A DNA stretch of 64,000 bases. Origin: Candidatus Spongiisociaceae bacterium. GTDB lineage: Bacteria; Actinomycetota; Acidimicrobiia; Spongiisociales; Spongiisociaceae. Under the pieces are notes generated by a model. It had not been told where the DNA came from, did not search any database, and worked only from the letters and a program-made list of their open reading frames with translations. Below, in pieces: positions 28,646 to 38,769 of the stretch (positions are counted from its first letter, which is position 1; each line of letters opens with the position of its first letter). The translations under genes and the position numbers were made by a program. Location of the stretch: positions 1,056,001 through 1,120,000 of the forward strand of contig OZ241841.1 in NCBI GenBank assembly GCA_965202665.1, in the 5' to 3' direction.

Positions 28646-29421
28646 CCTGGTTCCGCCGCCGCCGGGATTCGGTTCCGCCGGAGCGCCGGACCGGCCCGCC
28701 CCCCTCCGCCAACGGGGCTTCTTCCTTCCACTTCTGGTGGGAAACGGCCCAACCTTTGTCCTCGGTTTCGGCCACCTTGCGCGCCTCCGTCCCGCCCGGC
28801 ATGAACCGCTTGGCCTTCTTCGCCCTGCAAGCCTCCTTCTGGTCCGCCGACGGCCCTCGGGGAGGGGCCCACGCCGGCCTGCAATGGCACCCTTCCTATC
28901 CGAACCGCGGGGCGGTCAACTGGGGCGGATACGACCGGGACGGCGCGGTCCTGTCCGGGACCGAATCGGAGTTGCCTTCCGCCCTCGGCAACCCCAACAC
29001 CCGGGACTACCCCTGGGAGACGGAATCCGCTTACCGGCTGACCATCGGCCCCCGCATCATCCGCAACGACCGCGTCCTCTGGCCGGCCCGCATCCGGGAT
29101 TTGGCGACCGGCCGGGAGACGGTCGTTCGGGAACTGTTCTGCCCCGGCGATCATCTGCGGGACCCGGTGGTGTGGGCGGAACTGTTCTGCGACTGCGACC
29201 AGCCGGGCGTCGCCGCCCGCTGGAGCGACCCGCGGGCGGAGGGCCGCGACGGCGACCCGGTCCCCGTAACCGGCGGGCGGGCCACCTACCAGTCCTACGA
29301 AAACGGGGGATGCACCAACACCGACGTTTCCGTCCGGGACGGAACGGCCATGTTGCGCTCCAACCACCCCCGCCTCACCCCCCACGGCGCCCGGCTGCCT
29401 TGGAACGGCGATGACGGCTGA
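28642..29421 (+). CDS. hypothetical protein embedded in the thiamine operon
   Basis: GTGA overlap with thiQ, overlaps the thiD start; aromatic-rich, probably beta-structured sequence. Confidence 0.75.
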   Translation: MTWFRRRRDSVPPERRTGPPPSANGASSFHFWWETAQPLSSVSATLRASVPPGMNRLAFFALQASFWSADGPRGGAHAGLQWHPSYPNRGAVNWGGYDRDGAVLSGTESELPSALGNPNTRDYPWETESAYRLTIGPRIIRNDRVLWPARIRDLATGRETVVRELFCPGDHLRDPVVWAELFCDCDQPGVAARWSDPRAEGRDGDPVPVTGGRATYQSYENGGCTNTDVSVRDGTAMLRSNHPRLTPHGARLPWNGDDG

Positions 29422-30214
29422 AAACGACGCCCCCCTGATCGTCATGACCATCGGCGGCAGCGACTCGGGGGCCGGGGCGGGCGTCCAAGCCGACCTGAAA
29501 ACCCTGGCCGCCCACCGTTGCCACGCCGTCACCGTGGTAACGGCCGTCACCGCCCAAAACACCCGGGGGGTGGAGGCGTCGCAGCCGATGACGGCCGAAA
29601 TGGTGCGGGCCCAGTTGCGGGCGTTGCTGGACGATCTGCCCCCGCAGGCGGTCAAAACCGGTTTTCTGGGCCAAGCCGAAATCGTCCGCGAGGTGGCGGA
29701 AAACGCCCCCCGCCTGCCCAACCTGGTGGTGGACCCGGTGCTGGCGGACCGCGACGGCCGCCCCCTGGCCGACCAAGAGACCGTGGAAGCCTACCGGGAG
29801 CTGTTGCTGCCGGCCGCCGCCCTGGCCTCGCCCAACCACCGGGAGGCGGCCCTGCTGACCGGCCGGCCGGTGGCCGACATCTCCGGGCAACGATGGGCGG
29901 CCCGGGAGCTGGCGGAGGCCGCCGGGGTTCCCATCCTGGTAACCGGCGGCCGGTTGGGCGGCCCGCATCCGGTGGACGTTTTCTGCGACGGGCGGACCGT
30001 TCGAGAGCTGGCCGGCCGTTGGGTGCGCACCCGCAACAAGCACGGCACCGGCGACGCCTTCTCCGCTTCCATAGCGGCCCGCCTGGCCGCCGGGGCCACC
30101 CTGGCGGCGGCCGTCGCCGAAGCCAAAGCCTGGGTCAGCCGGGCCATCACCGGCGCGGCCCAATGGCGCCTGGGAGGGGGCGAAGGGCCCATCGACCCTT
30201 TCGGCTGGGGGTAG
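29411..30214 (+). CDS. thiD: hydroxymethylpyrimidine/phosphomethylpyrimidine kinase
   Basis: TIGGSDSGAGAGVQADLKT, TAQNT, VVDPV, HGTGD. Confidence 0.95.
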   Translation: MTAENDAPLIVMTIGGSDSGAGAGVQADLKTLAAHRCHAVTVVTAVTAQNTRGVEASQPMTAEMVRAQLRALLDDLPPQAVKTGFLGQAEIVREVAENAPRLPNLVVDPVLADRDGRPLADQETVEAYRELLLPAAALASPNHREAALLTGRPVADISGQRWAARELAEAAGVPILVTGGRLGGPHPVDVFCDGRTVRELAGRWVRTRNKHGTGDAFSASIAARLAAGATLAAAVAEAKAWVSRAITGAAQWRLGGGEGPIDPFGWG

Positions 30215-30229
30215 CGGCCAACCGGGCGG

Positions 30230-30622
30230 TCAGCCTTCCAATATTTCCCGCAGGAAATCGGGCACCCGCACCGGACGGCCCTGCGAGTCGGACATCGCCG
30301 CCCGCAACTCCAAGGTGAACAGGGTTTCGCCGTCCCGTTCTATCCGCTGGCGCCATTCGTGGGCCACCCGGCGCACCGCCGCCACTTCGGTCAGGATTTC
30401 CAGGCGGTCGTCGGCCACCGCAGGGGCGAGGAACCTGGCTTTCACCTCCACCACCAGAATCCGGAATCCCATCTCGTCCAAGCGGACCAGGCTCACCCCC
30501 CATTCCGCCAAGGCCTCCACCCGGGCCGCCTCGCAGTAGGACAAATAGACGGCGTGGTTGAGATGGTTGTACGGGTCCAGTTCGTTGAACCTGACGTTGA
30601 CGGAGGAACGGCGGCTGCGCAT
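30230..30622 (-). CDS. acyl-CoA thioesterase (4HBT/YbgC family)
   Basis: VRFNELDPYNHLNHAVY motif. Confidence 0.9.
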   Translation of the reverse strand: MRSRRSSVNVRFNELDPYNHLNHAVYLSYCEAARVEALAEWGVSLVRLDEMGFRILVVEVKARFLAPAVADDRLEILTEVAAVRRVAHEWRQRIERDGETLFTLELRAAMSDSQGRPVRVPDFLREILEG

Positions 30623-30683
30623 CTCACCTAAACTACCCGCGCCGTCCGGTTATCCCAACCCGCCGGTTTGCTACCCTTGCCTT

Positions 30684-31697
30684 ATGCGAGCTTGGATACT
30701 GAACGAAACCAACGGCCCCTCCTCCTACCGCCTCGGGGAGGTGGAAACCCCCCGGCCGGGCCCCGGCGAAGTGCGGGTGCGGTTGGCCGCTTCGGCCCTC
30801 AACCGGCTGGACCTGTGGATGTCCATGGGACTGCCCGCCCCCAAGCGCTTCCCGCACGTGGCGGGCGGGGACGGGGCGGGGGTGGTGGACGCGGCAGGGG
30901 AAGAAACGGACGGGATCGCCCCCGGCCAGGAGGTGATAATCAACCCCGGCTTGGGCTACGCCCCCACCACCTCCCACATTCCGTTCGACGGGAAGCTGGG
31001 CGTGCTGGGGGAACACGCCTGGGGCACCCTGGCCGAATACGTGATCGCCCCGGCTCGCAACGTCCTGCCCAAACCGGACCATCTGGGATGGCCGGAGGCG
31101 GCCGCCTACGGGCTGGCGACCGGAACCGCCTACCGGATGCTGCGCCGGGCCCGCCTGTCCGAAGGCGACCTGCTGCTGGTGGTGGGGGTGGGGGGCGGAG
31201 TCTCCTCGGCCGGGCTGTTGCTGGGAAAAATCATGGGGGCGGAAACCTACGTCACTTCCCGTCATCCGGACAAGATTCGGCGGGCGGCGGAACTGGGGGC
31301 CGCCGGGGGTTTCGATTCGGCGGGCGAGTTTTCCAAGCAACTGCGGGAGGCGGCCGGGAGGCAGGCGGACGTGGTGCTGGAAAACGTGGGGGCGGCCACT
31401 TGGAGCCAATCCCTGCGCAGCCTGCGACCGGGCGGGCGGCTGGTCACCTGCGGGGCCACCGGCGGGGTGAAAGCGGAAATCACCATCCCCTCCCTGTTTT
31501 TCCGCCACCAGGAAATCATCGGCTCCACCATGTTCGACCACGACGACTTCGCCCAAATCACCGAATGGGTGGCCGACGGGCGGTTGCCGGTTCTGGTGGA
31601 CCGGGTGTTCGAATTCGAAGAGTTGCCGGCCGCTTTGGCCCGCATGGAGGAGGGCGACCATATGGGCAAACTGGTCATCAAAGGAACCGCGCCGTGA
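30684..31697 (+). CDS. MDR superfamily (quinone oxidoreductase-like) dehydrogenase
   Basis: ALNRLD, GGDGAG, GVGGGV, GKLVI; start ATG 30684. Confidence 0.9.
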   Translation: MRAWILNETNGPSSYRLGEVETPRPGPGEVRVRLAASALNRLDLWMSMGLPAPKRFPHVAGGDGAGVVDAAGEETDGIAPGQEVIINPGLGYAPTTSHIPFDGKLGVLGEHAWGTLAEYVIAPARNVLPKPDHLGWPEAAAYGLATGTAYRMLRRARLSEGDLLLVVGVGGGVSSAGLLLGKIMGAETYVTSRHPDKIRRAAELGAAGGFDSAGEFSKQLREAAGRQADVVLENVGAATWSQSLRSLRPGGRLVTCGATGGVKAEITIPSLFFRHQEIIGSTMFDHDDFAQITEWVADGRLPVLVDRVFEFEELPAALARMEEGDHMGKLVIKGTAP

Positions 31698-32608
31698 ACC
31701 CCGGCGCCCCGCCCCGCATCGGCTGGGTGGGAACCGGCGTCATGGGGGCTTCCATGTGCGGGCACGTGCTGGCCGCTGGATACCAAGTGACCGTCACTTC
31801 CCGCACCGCCTCCAAAGCGCAGCCCCTGCTGGAGGCGGGGGCGGTTTGGTCGGACACCCCGGCTGAAGTAGCGGCCGCCTCCGACATTTCCTGCGCCATC
31901 GTCGGCTACCCCCGGGATGTGCGGGAAGTGTTCCTCGGCCCCAACGGGTTGCTGGCCGGGGCGGGGGAAGGCGATGCGGTGGTGGACATGACCACGTCCG
32001 AACCGAGCCTGGCGGCGGAGATCGCGGAACGGGCCGGGGAGGCGGGAGCGGCGGCGGTGGACGCCCCGGTCAGCGGAGGGGACGTGGGGGCCCGCAACGG
32101 AACCTTGTCCATAATGGTGGGTGGAGCGGAGGAGGCGGTGGAGCGGGTGCGGCCCGTGTTGGAGACGATGGGAAGCGCGGTCGTCCACCAGGGGGGGCCG
32201 GGGGCGGGACAGCACACCAAAGCGGTCAACCAGATTCTCATCGCCACCGGGATGATCGGAGTGTCGGAGGCCCTGTTGTACGGCAAGCGGGCCGGGCTGG
32301 ACTTGGACAAGGTGATGGAGTCGGTGAGCGGGGGGGCGGCCGGTTCTTGGTCGCTCTCCAACTACGGCCCCCGCATGCTGAGCGGCGATTTCCGGCCCGG
32401 TTTCTTCGTGGACCATTTCGTGAAAGACATGGGCATCGCCCGCCAAGAGGCGGCGGCGATGGACCTGCCGGTTCCCGGCTTGGCCTTGGCCCACGAACTG
32501 TACGTGTCCCTGCAAGCGCAGGGCTTGGGGCAAAAAGGAACCCATTCCCTGATCCTCGGCTTGGCCCGCCTAGCCGGAATGGACTGGGACCCCGCCGCCG
32601 AAGGCTAA
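31694..32608 (+). CDS. NAD(P)-dependent oxidoreductase, 3-hydroxyisobutyrate dehydrogenase family
   Basis: [29 protein letters not shown]; GTGA overlap. Confidence 0.92.
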   Translation: MNPGAPPRIGWVGTGVMGASMCGHVLAAGYQVTVTSRTASKAQPLLEAGAVWSDTPAEVAAASDISCAIVGYPRDVREVFLGPNGLLAGAGEGDAVVDMTTSEPSLAAEIAERAGEAGAAAVDAPVSGGDVGARNGTLSIMVGGAEEAVERVRPVLETMGSAVVHQGGPGAGQHTKAVNQILIATGMIGVSEALLYGKRAGLDLDKVMESVSGGAAGSWSLSNYGPRMLSGDFRPGFFVDHFVKDMGIARQEAAAMDLPVPGLALAHELYVSLQAQGLGQKGTHSLILGLARLAGMDWDPAAEG

Positions 32609-33300
32609 TCCAACTCGTTGCGCGCCTGCTCCGCTTCGGCTTGCAAAACGGGCAAATGGTTTTCCACGATATCCCAAATTATCCGGTTGTCTATTTTCGT
32701 ATAACGATGCGCCAAAAAGGTGCGTAAACCAATTATTTCCCGGTATTTGGCGAACTTTGATGTTATTTCCGGGTTGGTACGGTTCAACTCCCGCATAGCT
32801 TCGCAGATGACGGTGAGCCGACGCTCTACCAGGTTGCGCAACAACTCATCCGAGTCGTAATCTTCCCCGGTTTTGCCAGCGGCGCAGCGACGGATGGTCT
32901 GCGCCGAATCAAGGATTTCATACAGGCAACTTTTGATTCTCCGGTTCACGGAACTCTCCCCCCGATCGCCGGGGGGCTTGGACATCGCAGGTCTTTCCGG
33001 CCCGTAAATCAGGGTTGCGGTTTCTTCCACCTCTTCTAGGAAATGGGGGTTGGCGATGGCTGAATATTCCACCAAGTCAACCGGGCGATGGAACAGTTCG
33101 TTCATCTCCATCACCATTCTCACCGGGTGGAAACCGCATTGAGGCGCCTCTTCTTGGAACTCCACCAAGAAGTCCACGTCGCCGTCGGGGCGCATTGGGC
33201 CGTTGGCGGCCGACCCGAACAGGTGCAGCCGTTCCACCTGATATTTACGGCAGATTTGATGTATTTGCTTCATCCGCTCCGTTACCAGCGAAGCAACCAT
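32605..33300 (-). CDS. fused minimal nucleotidyltransferase (MNT) and HEPN/DUF86 protein
   Basis: GSx10DxD ([16 protein letters not shown]) and Rx4H-x-Y (RTFLAHRY) in one frame. Confidence 0.85.
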   Translation of the reverse strand: MVASLVTERMKQIHQICRKYQVERLHLFGSAANGPMRPDGDVDFLVEFQEEAPQCGFHPVRMVMEMNELFHRPVDLVEYSAIANPHFLEEVEETATLIYGPERPAMSKPPGDRGESSVNRRIKSCLYEILDSAQTIRRCAAGKTGEDYDSDELLRNLVERRLTVICEAMRELNRTNPEITSKFAKYREIIGLRTFLAHRYTKIDNRIIWDIVENHLPVLQAEAEQARNELD

Positions 33301-33387
33301 GATCTTCTCCTTTCCTCTCTCCCAACCTAACGCGTCCCCAAGAATTTAGGGCGAAGCGCGGCAACGGGGGCGGGGTAGGATTGGGAA

Positions 33388-34806
33388 ATGACCGTTTCCG
33401 CCCCGCCTAATGTCCTAGCCGACCGCTACGCCGGTTCCGCTTTGCGGGAGATGTGGTCCCCGCGGCGGCGGGTGGTGGCCGAACGGGAGTTGTGGGTGGC
33501 GGCTTTGGAAGCCCAAACGGAGTTGGGAGTTCCAGCAGCGGAGGGAACCGCGCAGGCGTACCAGGCGGTGATGGAGCAAGTTGATTTGGATTCCATCCGC
33601 AACCGGGAACGGCAGACCCGCCATGACTTGGCCGCCCGCATCGCCGAGTTCAACGACTTGGCGGGCCGTCAGGCCATCCACCGGGGCCTCACCTCCCGGG
33701 ACATTACTGAAAATACGGAGCAGACGCTCATCCGCCGCTCCCTGCTGGTCATCCGGGACAAGACCATCGCTTTGCTGGCCCGGATGGGCGCCCGGGCCGC
33801 GGAGCACCGCGACCTGGCCGTGGCGGGCCGCACCCACAACGTCGCCGCCCAGCCGGTCACCTTCGGGAAACGGCTGGCGGCCGCCGCCCAGGAAACCCTG
33901 TTCGCCCACCGGCGGTTGGAGGGCCTGTTGGCCGACTATCCGCTGCGGGGGCTGAAAGGAGCCACCGGGGCCCAACAGGACCTGCTGGACCTCTTCGCGG
34001 GCGACGCCGGAAAAGTGGAGGAAATGGAGCGCAAAATAGCCCGCATGCTGGGTTTTTCCCATGTCATGACCGCCGTCGGGCAGATCTACCCCCGTTCGCT
34101 GGATCTGGAAACCGTCTCCGTCCTCAACCTGATAGCGTCCGGCCCCTCCTCCCTGGCCGTCGCCCTTCGGTTAATGGCCGGACAGGGCCTGGTGGCGGAA
34201 GGCGGGCGGGACGGCCAGGTGGGTTCTTCGGCCATGCCCCACAAAACCAACATGCGCACCTGCGAACGGATAAACGGTTTGGCCCTGGTTCTGCAAGGCC
34301 ATTTGACGATGGCGGGCGGGCTGGCGGGCGGGCAGTGGAACGAAGGGGACGTGAGCGACTCGGTGGTGCGCCGGGTCATATTCCCCGACGCCTTTTTCGC
34401 CTGCGACGGCCTGCTGGAGGGCGCCCTGCACGTGTTGGACGGGTTGCAAACTTTCCCGGCCCTCATACGGGCCGAACTGGAAGCGGAATGGCCTTTTCTG
34501 ACCACCACCCGGGTGCTGACGGAAGCCGTCCGGGCGGGAATGGGCCGGGAGGACGCCCACCGGAAGATAAGCGACCACGCCGCCCGGGCCGCCGCCGCCC
34601 GCCGCCGCGGCGAAGACTGCGACTGGTGGGGGGATCTGGGAGACGACCCCGGCTTCCCCCTCACCGCCGACCAAATCCGGGAGGCGGCCCGCGGTGCGGG
34701 AACGGGACGAGCCGCCGGGCAAGCGGACGACATCGTCGCCCAAATCAGCGAAATAACCGCCGGGTCCCCAGAGGCCGCCGCCTACCGGCCGGAACCCCTC
34801 CTCTAA
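33388..34806 (+). CDS. purB: adenylosuccinate lyase
   Basis: TRHD, GRTH, GSSAMPHKTN signature. Confidence 0.96.
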   Translation: MTVSAPPNVLADRYAGSALREMWSPRRRVVAERELWVAALEAQTELGVPAAEGTAQAYQAVMEQVDLDSIRNRERQTRHDLAARIAEFNDLAGRQAIHRGLTSRDITENTEQTLIRRSLLVIRDKTIALLARMGARAAEHRDLAVAGRTHNVAAQPVTFGKRLAAAAQETLFAHRRLEGLLADYPLRGLKGATGAQQDLLDLFAGDAGKVEEMERKIARMLGFSHVMTAVGQIYPRSLDLETVSVLNLIASGPSSLAVALRLMAGQGLVAEGGRDGQVGSSAMPHKTNMRTCERINGLALVLQGHLTMAGGLAGGQWNEGDVSDSVVRRVIFPDAFFACDGLLEGALHVLDGLQTFPALIRAELEAEWPFLTTTRVLTEAVRAGMGREDAHRKISDHAARAAAARRRGEDCDWWGDLGDDPGFPLTADQIREAARGAGTGRAAGQADDIVAQISEITAGSPEAAAYRPEPLL

Positions 34807-34911
34807 CCCTCCCCGGATGGGCCCGCGCCGTCTTAATTCGCTTTCCGGCTTACAATGTCCCCATGAAAGGGCGGAACCATATTTGAACCACCTGCTTCCC
34901 GGCTGGGCGAA

Positions 34912-35739
34912 ATGCCCCAACATGCGGCCTTCGCCCGCCCCGCCCTGCCCGACGACCGGGAGGTGGCGGTGGCCGTCGCCCTAGCGGGGGCGGAGGCGGT
35001 GCGCCGGCAGATGGGCCGCGGCCTGTCCCCGGAGATGAAAGGGCGGGTGGATCCGGTCACGGCCGCCGACCGGGAAGCGGAAGCGGCCATCCTGGAAGCC
35101 TTGGGCGAGTTGCGGCCCGGGGAGGCCGTTTTGGCCGAAGAAAGCGGGGGGCGCACCGAACCGGAGGGAAGGCGGTGGATCATCGACCCGCTGGACGGAA
35201 CGGTCAATTTCGTGCACGGCGTCCCCCAGACGGCGGTGTCGGTCGGCCTGTGGGACGGCCCGCAACCGGTGGCGGGGGCGGTGGTGGACGTAACCCGGGG
35301 CGAAGTGTTCAGCGCCGCCGCCGGGGAGGGGGCCCGGCTGGGGGACCAACCGATCCGGGTTTCTTCCCGCTCCCGTCTCATCGACTGCCTGATGGCCACC
35401 GGTTTTCCCTACGACCGGCAAAAGTGGGCGGCGGAATACACGGCGGCGATGGGCCGGGTCATGACCCGGGTGCGGGACGTGCGGCGCATGGGAGCGGCCG
35501 CCTTGGACTTCGCCTGGGTGGCCTGCGGCCGCTTCGACGGATTCTGGGAGTTCGGCCTGCACCCGTGGGACGCGGCCGCCGGGTTGTTGCTGGTGACCGA
35601 GGCGGGCGGGGTGACCGCCGATCTCCGCTCCCGTCCGGCCGGAGTCGACTCCGGCGTTTTCATCCTTTCCAACCCGGCGGTGGCCGACGAGTTCATCGAA
35701 CTGATCCGTTCCCTGGCCCCCGCCCATCTGCGGCCATGA
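34912..35739 (+). CDS. suhB: inositol monophosphatase family protein
   Basis: WIIDPLDGTVNF, WDAAAG. Confidence 0.88.
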   Translation: MPQHAAFARPALPDDREVAVAVALAGAEAVRRQMGRGLSPEMKGRVDPVTAADREAEAAILEALGELRPGEAVLAEESGGRTEPEGRRWIIDPLDGTVNFVHGVPQTAVSVGLWDGPQPVAGAVVDVTRGEVFSAAAGEGARLGDQPIRVSSRSRLIDCLMATGFPYDRQKWAAEYTAAMGRVMTRVRDVRRMGAAALDFAWVACGRFDGFWEFGLHPWDAAAGLLLVTEAGGVTADLRSRPAGVDSGVFILSNPAVADEFIELIRSLAPAHLRP

Positions 35740-36785
35740 CCTTCCCCGACCTGCCCGTTTACGATCTGCGGCCCGACGAGGGCCCCACCCCGATCGACGA
35801 CCTGTCCCGTCTAACGGAAACCCAGCGCGCGGCCGACCTGGGGATAGCCAAATTCTGGGAGGAGTGGCCCACGCTGGCCCCGTTGTTGGAAACGGACTTG
35901 GCCGACGGCCGGCACGGGCCGGGGTCGGATCTTCTCACCGGGCTGGCGGACGCCGTCAACCCCGGTTTGGAATGGGACATCCTGCCCGGCCGGGAGGCCC
36001 GGCACGCCCTGTGCCTGAGCGCCGCCGCCGACCTGGCTTTGCGGGGCCTGACGGAACGGTGGCTGAAAGCAGCCCCCCCGGCGAACGAGACGTGGGAGTT
36101 CCATCCGGCCCGCATCTCCCTCCCTTTGGAAAACATCGTCATCGGCGAGACGGAAATCGATCCGGAGGACGCCGCGGCTTGCATAACGGTGGATTCCAGA
36201 ACGGAAACCTTGGAGGTGATCATCTGCCACGCCAGGTTCACCGGAATGGACGAAACCCTGCAACTGCAAGCCGCCTTCCGAATGCTGGACGACCTGTTGG
36301 GGGAGGACGACGCCGAAAAATGGCTGGGGTCGGTGGAAACCGCCCCCCGCCCCCCCGGCCCTTCCCTTCCTTTCCCGGAGGTGGCGGAGCGGGCGGCGGA
36401 GTTGGCGGCGGCCGCCACCGGGGAAAAATGGGACATCATCCCCGAATACGACGGCGAAGAGTGGGTAAACGACCTGCACATCAACCGGGCCCTGAAACGG
36501 GTGGACCATTTGGAGATGACCGCCTTGGCGATAATCAATCTGGAAACCCCGAATCCGGATCGTTCCGGTCCGGCCGCGCAACTGGAACGGGAACTGTCCG
36601 GGATTCTCGGACCGCGGGGAATGTTTTTCGCCCGGGCCTACTACGAGGATTACACCGTCCTCTACGCCTACCTGCACCCGACGGCGGCGGCGGAAATAAG
36701 GGAAGCCGCCGCCCGCAATTCGCTCGTCTACCAGACCACCGTGCAACCGGATGAAACCTGGAACATTTACCACCAGATGATGTGA
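35736..36785 (+). CDS. hypothetical protein (DUF695-like)
   Basis: ATGA overlap; FWEEW..LEWDI..WEFHP..LDDLLGE pattern. Confidence 0.7.
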   Translation: MTFPDLPVYDLRPDEGPTPIDDLSRLTETQRAADLGIAKFWEEWPTLAPLLETDLADGRHGPGSDLLTGLADAVNPGLEWDILPGREARHALCLSAAADLALRGLTERWLKAAPPANETWEFHPARISLPLENIVIGETEIDPEDAAACITVDSRTETLEVIICHARFTGMDETLQLQAAFRMLDDLLGEDDAEKWLGSVETAPRPPGPSLPFPEVAERAAELAAAATGEKWDIIPEYDGEEWVNDLHINRALKRVDHLEMTALAIINLETPNPDRSGPAAQLERELSGILGPRGMFFARAYYEDYTVLYAYLHPTAAAEIREAAARNSLVYQTTVQPDETWNIYHQMM

Positions 36786-36807
36786 CCCGCCCAAGCGAAT
36801 TGCCCGA

Positions 36808-38769
36808 ATGCTGTACGACTATCAGGCGGCCACTCCGCAAACGGTAACCGAGGCGGCGGACGACGCCATCGACCGATGCCGGGATTTGGCGGATCAGGCG
36901 GCGAACGCCGAAGGCCCCCGCACTTTCGCCAACACGTTGGCCCCGTTGGAGGAGGCGGGGCGGTTGTTGGCCGTCGCCTACGGCCGGGGGCCTTTTCTGG
37001 GAAACACGGCGGCGGACGAGGAAACCAGGCAGGCGGCCCGGCTGGCCGGGGAGCGGATGGAGAAATGGGCTTTGGAGATGGTTTCCCGCCGCGACCTGTT
37101 CCAAGCGGTGGCCGAATTCGCCGACACGGAGGAGGCGGCCGCCTTGACCGGGGAACGGGCCCGGGTTTTGGAACACACCAGGCGCGACCATCGGATGGCG
37201 GGCCGCGAACTGTCCGACGAAGACCGGGAAGCGGTGCGGGAACGGCTCGCCCGGCTGGTGGAAATCGGCGTGGCTTTCTCCGCCAACCTGGCCGAATACG
37301 ACGATCACCTGTTGGCGACCGCCGCCGACCTGGAAGGGTTGCCGCCCGACTACATCGACCGGCTGGCCCCCGGCGACCAACCGGGAACCTACCGCATCAC
37401 GATGGACTACCCGGATGCCATACCCTTTTTGGAATGTTCGCCCCGCCGCGACCTGCGGGAGGCCCTGTCTTTCAAATTCGGCAACCGGGCCCGGGAGTCC
37501 AACGCCCCCCTGCTGGAAGAGGCCCTGAGGTTGCGGGCCGAGATCGCCGGCCTGTTCGGAGCCCCCTCCTGGGCCCACCATGTGATGCAGAATAAAATGG
37601 CCGCCCGGCCGGAGGCGGTGGAAGAGTTCTACCGGTCTTTGCTCCACCCTTTGACCGAGGCCGGTTTGCGGGAGCGGGAGGCCATGGAGGCCCTGCTGGC
37701 CGCCGACGGGGGCCGGCCCCCCGCCGCTTCCTGGGACCGGGCCTGGTGCCACACCGAGCAACTGAAACGGGAACACGGCGTAGACCCGCTGCAGGTCGCC
37801 GCCTTCTTCCCTTTGCCGGCCGTGTTAGAGGGCCTGTTTGAGATTACGCAAACCGTGTTCGGACTGCGCTACCGGGCCCTGCCCGACGCCCCGGTTTGGC
37901 ATCCGGAGGTGCGGGCCTACCGGATGACCGACGCCGCCACCGGCGACCTGATCGCCCATTTCTACATGGATTTGCACCCGCGCCCCGGCAAGTTCGGGCA
38001 CGCGGCCGTCTTCCCGTTGCTCCCCGCGGCGAGCGACTTGGATGGGGAGCGGCTCCGGCCGGCCTGCGCCATCGCCGCCAACTTCACCCGCCCCGCCGCC
38101 GACCGGCCCTCCCTGCTGTTGCACGACGAGGTGGTGACCCTGTTTCACGAGTTCGGACACGTGTTGCACATGTCGCTGGCGCAAACCGAATTCGCCCGTT
38201 TCTCCTCCGCCAACACCGAAGCCGACTTTGTGGAGGCCCCCTCCCAGATAATGGAAAACTGGTGCTGGGAGGTTTCGTCCCTGCGATCCTTCGCCCGCCA
38301 TTACCAAACGGGGGAACCCATCCCCGAGGAGCTGGTCGACCGGCTCGCCGCGGCCAGAAACCTGAACGCCGGCCTGCGCAACCTGCGGCAGATAATGCTC
38401 GGCCAGATCGATTTGGATCTGCACGGCCCCCGCCCGCCGACCGACTTGGAGGAGATGTTGCGCCGCCGGGCGGCCACCGGACTTTTCCCCCACCACGAGG
38501 GAACCTTTTTCCCGGCCTCTTTCGGCCATCTGCTGGGCGGATACGACGCCGGTTACTACGGCTACCTGTGGTCGCAGGTGTTCGGCGAGGACATGTTCAG
38601 CCGGTTCGCTCAGGAAGGGGTTCTGTCGCCCGCGGTGGGGATGGACTATCGGAGATGCGTGCTGGAACCGGGGGGAAGCCGGGACGCGCAACAGCTGCTG
38701 GAGGACTTTCTGGGACGTCCCCCCGACAATCGGGCTTTCCTGCGAAGCCTGGGACTGGACGGAGAATAA
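36808..38769 (+). CDS. M3 family metallopeptidase (thimet oligopeptidase-like)
   Basis: FHEFGHVLH, DFVEAPSQ, YDAGYYGYLWS. Confidence 0.95.
   Translation: MLYDYQAATPQTVTEAADDAIDRCRDLADQAANAEGPRTFANTLAPLEEAGRLLAVAYGRGPFLGNTAADEETRQAARLAGERMEKWALEMVSRRDLFQAVAEFADTEEAAALTGERARVLEHTRRDHRMAGRELSDEDREAVRERLARLVEIGVAFSANLAEYDDHLLATAADLEGLPPDYIDRLAPGDQPGTYRITMDYPDAIPFLECSPRRDLREALSFKFGNRARESNAPLLEEALRLRAEIAGLFGAPSWAHHVMQNKMAARPEAVEEFYRSLLHPLTEAGLREREAMEALLAADGGRPPAASWDRAWCHTEQLKREHGVDPLQVAAFFPLPAVLEGLFEITQTVFGLRYRALPDAPVWHPEVRAYRMTDAATGDLIAHFYMDLHPRPGKFGHAAVFPLLPAASDLDGERLRPACAIAANFTRPAADRPSLLLHDEVVTLFHEFGHVLHMSLAQTEFARFSSANTEADFVEAPSQIMENWCWEVSSLRSFARHYQTGEPIPEELVDRLAAARNLNAGLRNLRQIMLGQIDLDLHGPRPPTDLEEMLRRRAATGLFPHHEGTFFPASFGHLLGGYDAGYYGYLWSQVFGEDMFSRFAQEGVLSPAVGMDYRRCVLEPGGSRDAQQLLEDFLGRPPDNRAFLRSLGLDGE

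Noticed and set aside
26905-29421. 838-aa ORF suggesting a large fusion
   Set aside because: The N-terminal part is an off-frame shadow of thiP/thiQ; only 28642-29421 is protein-like
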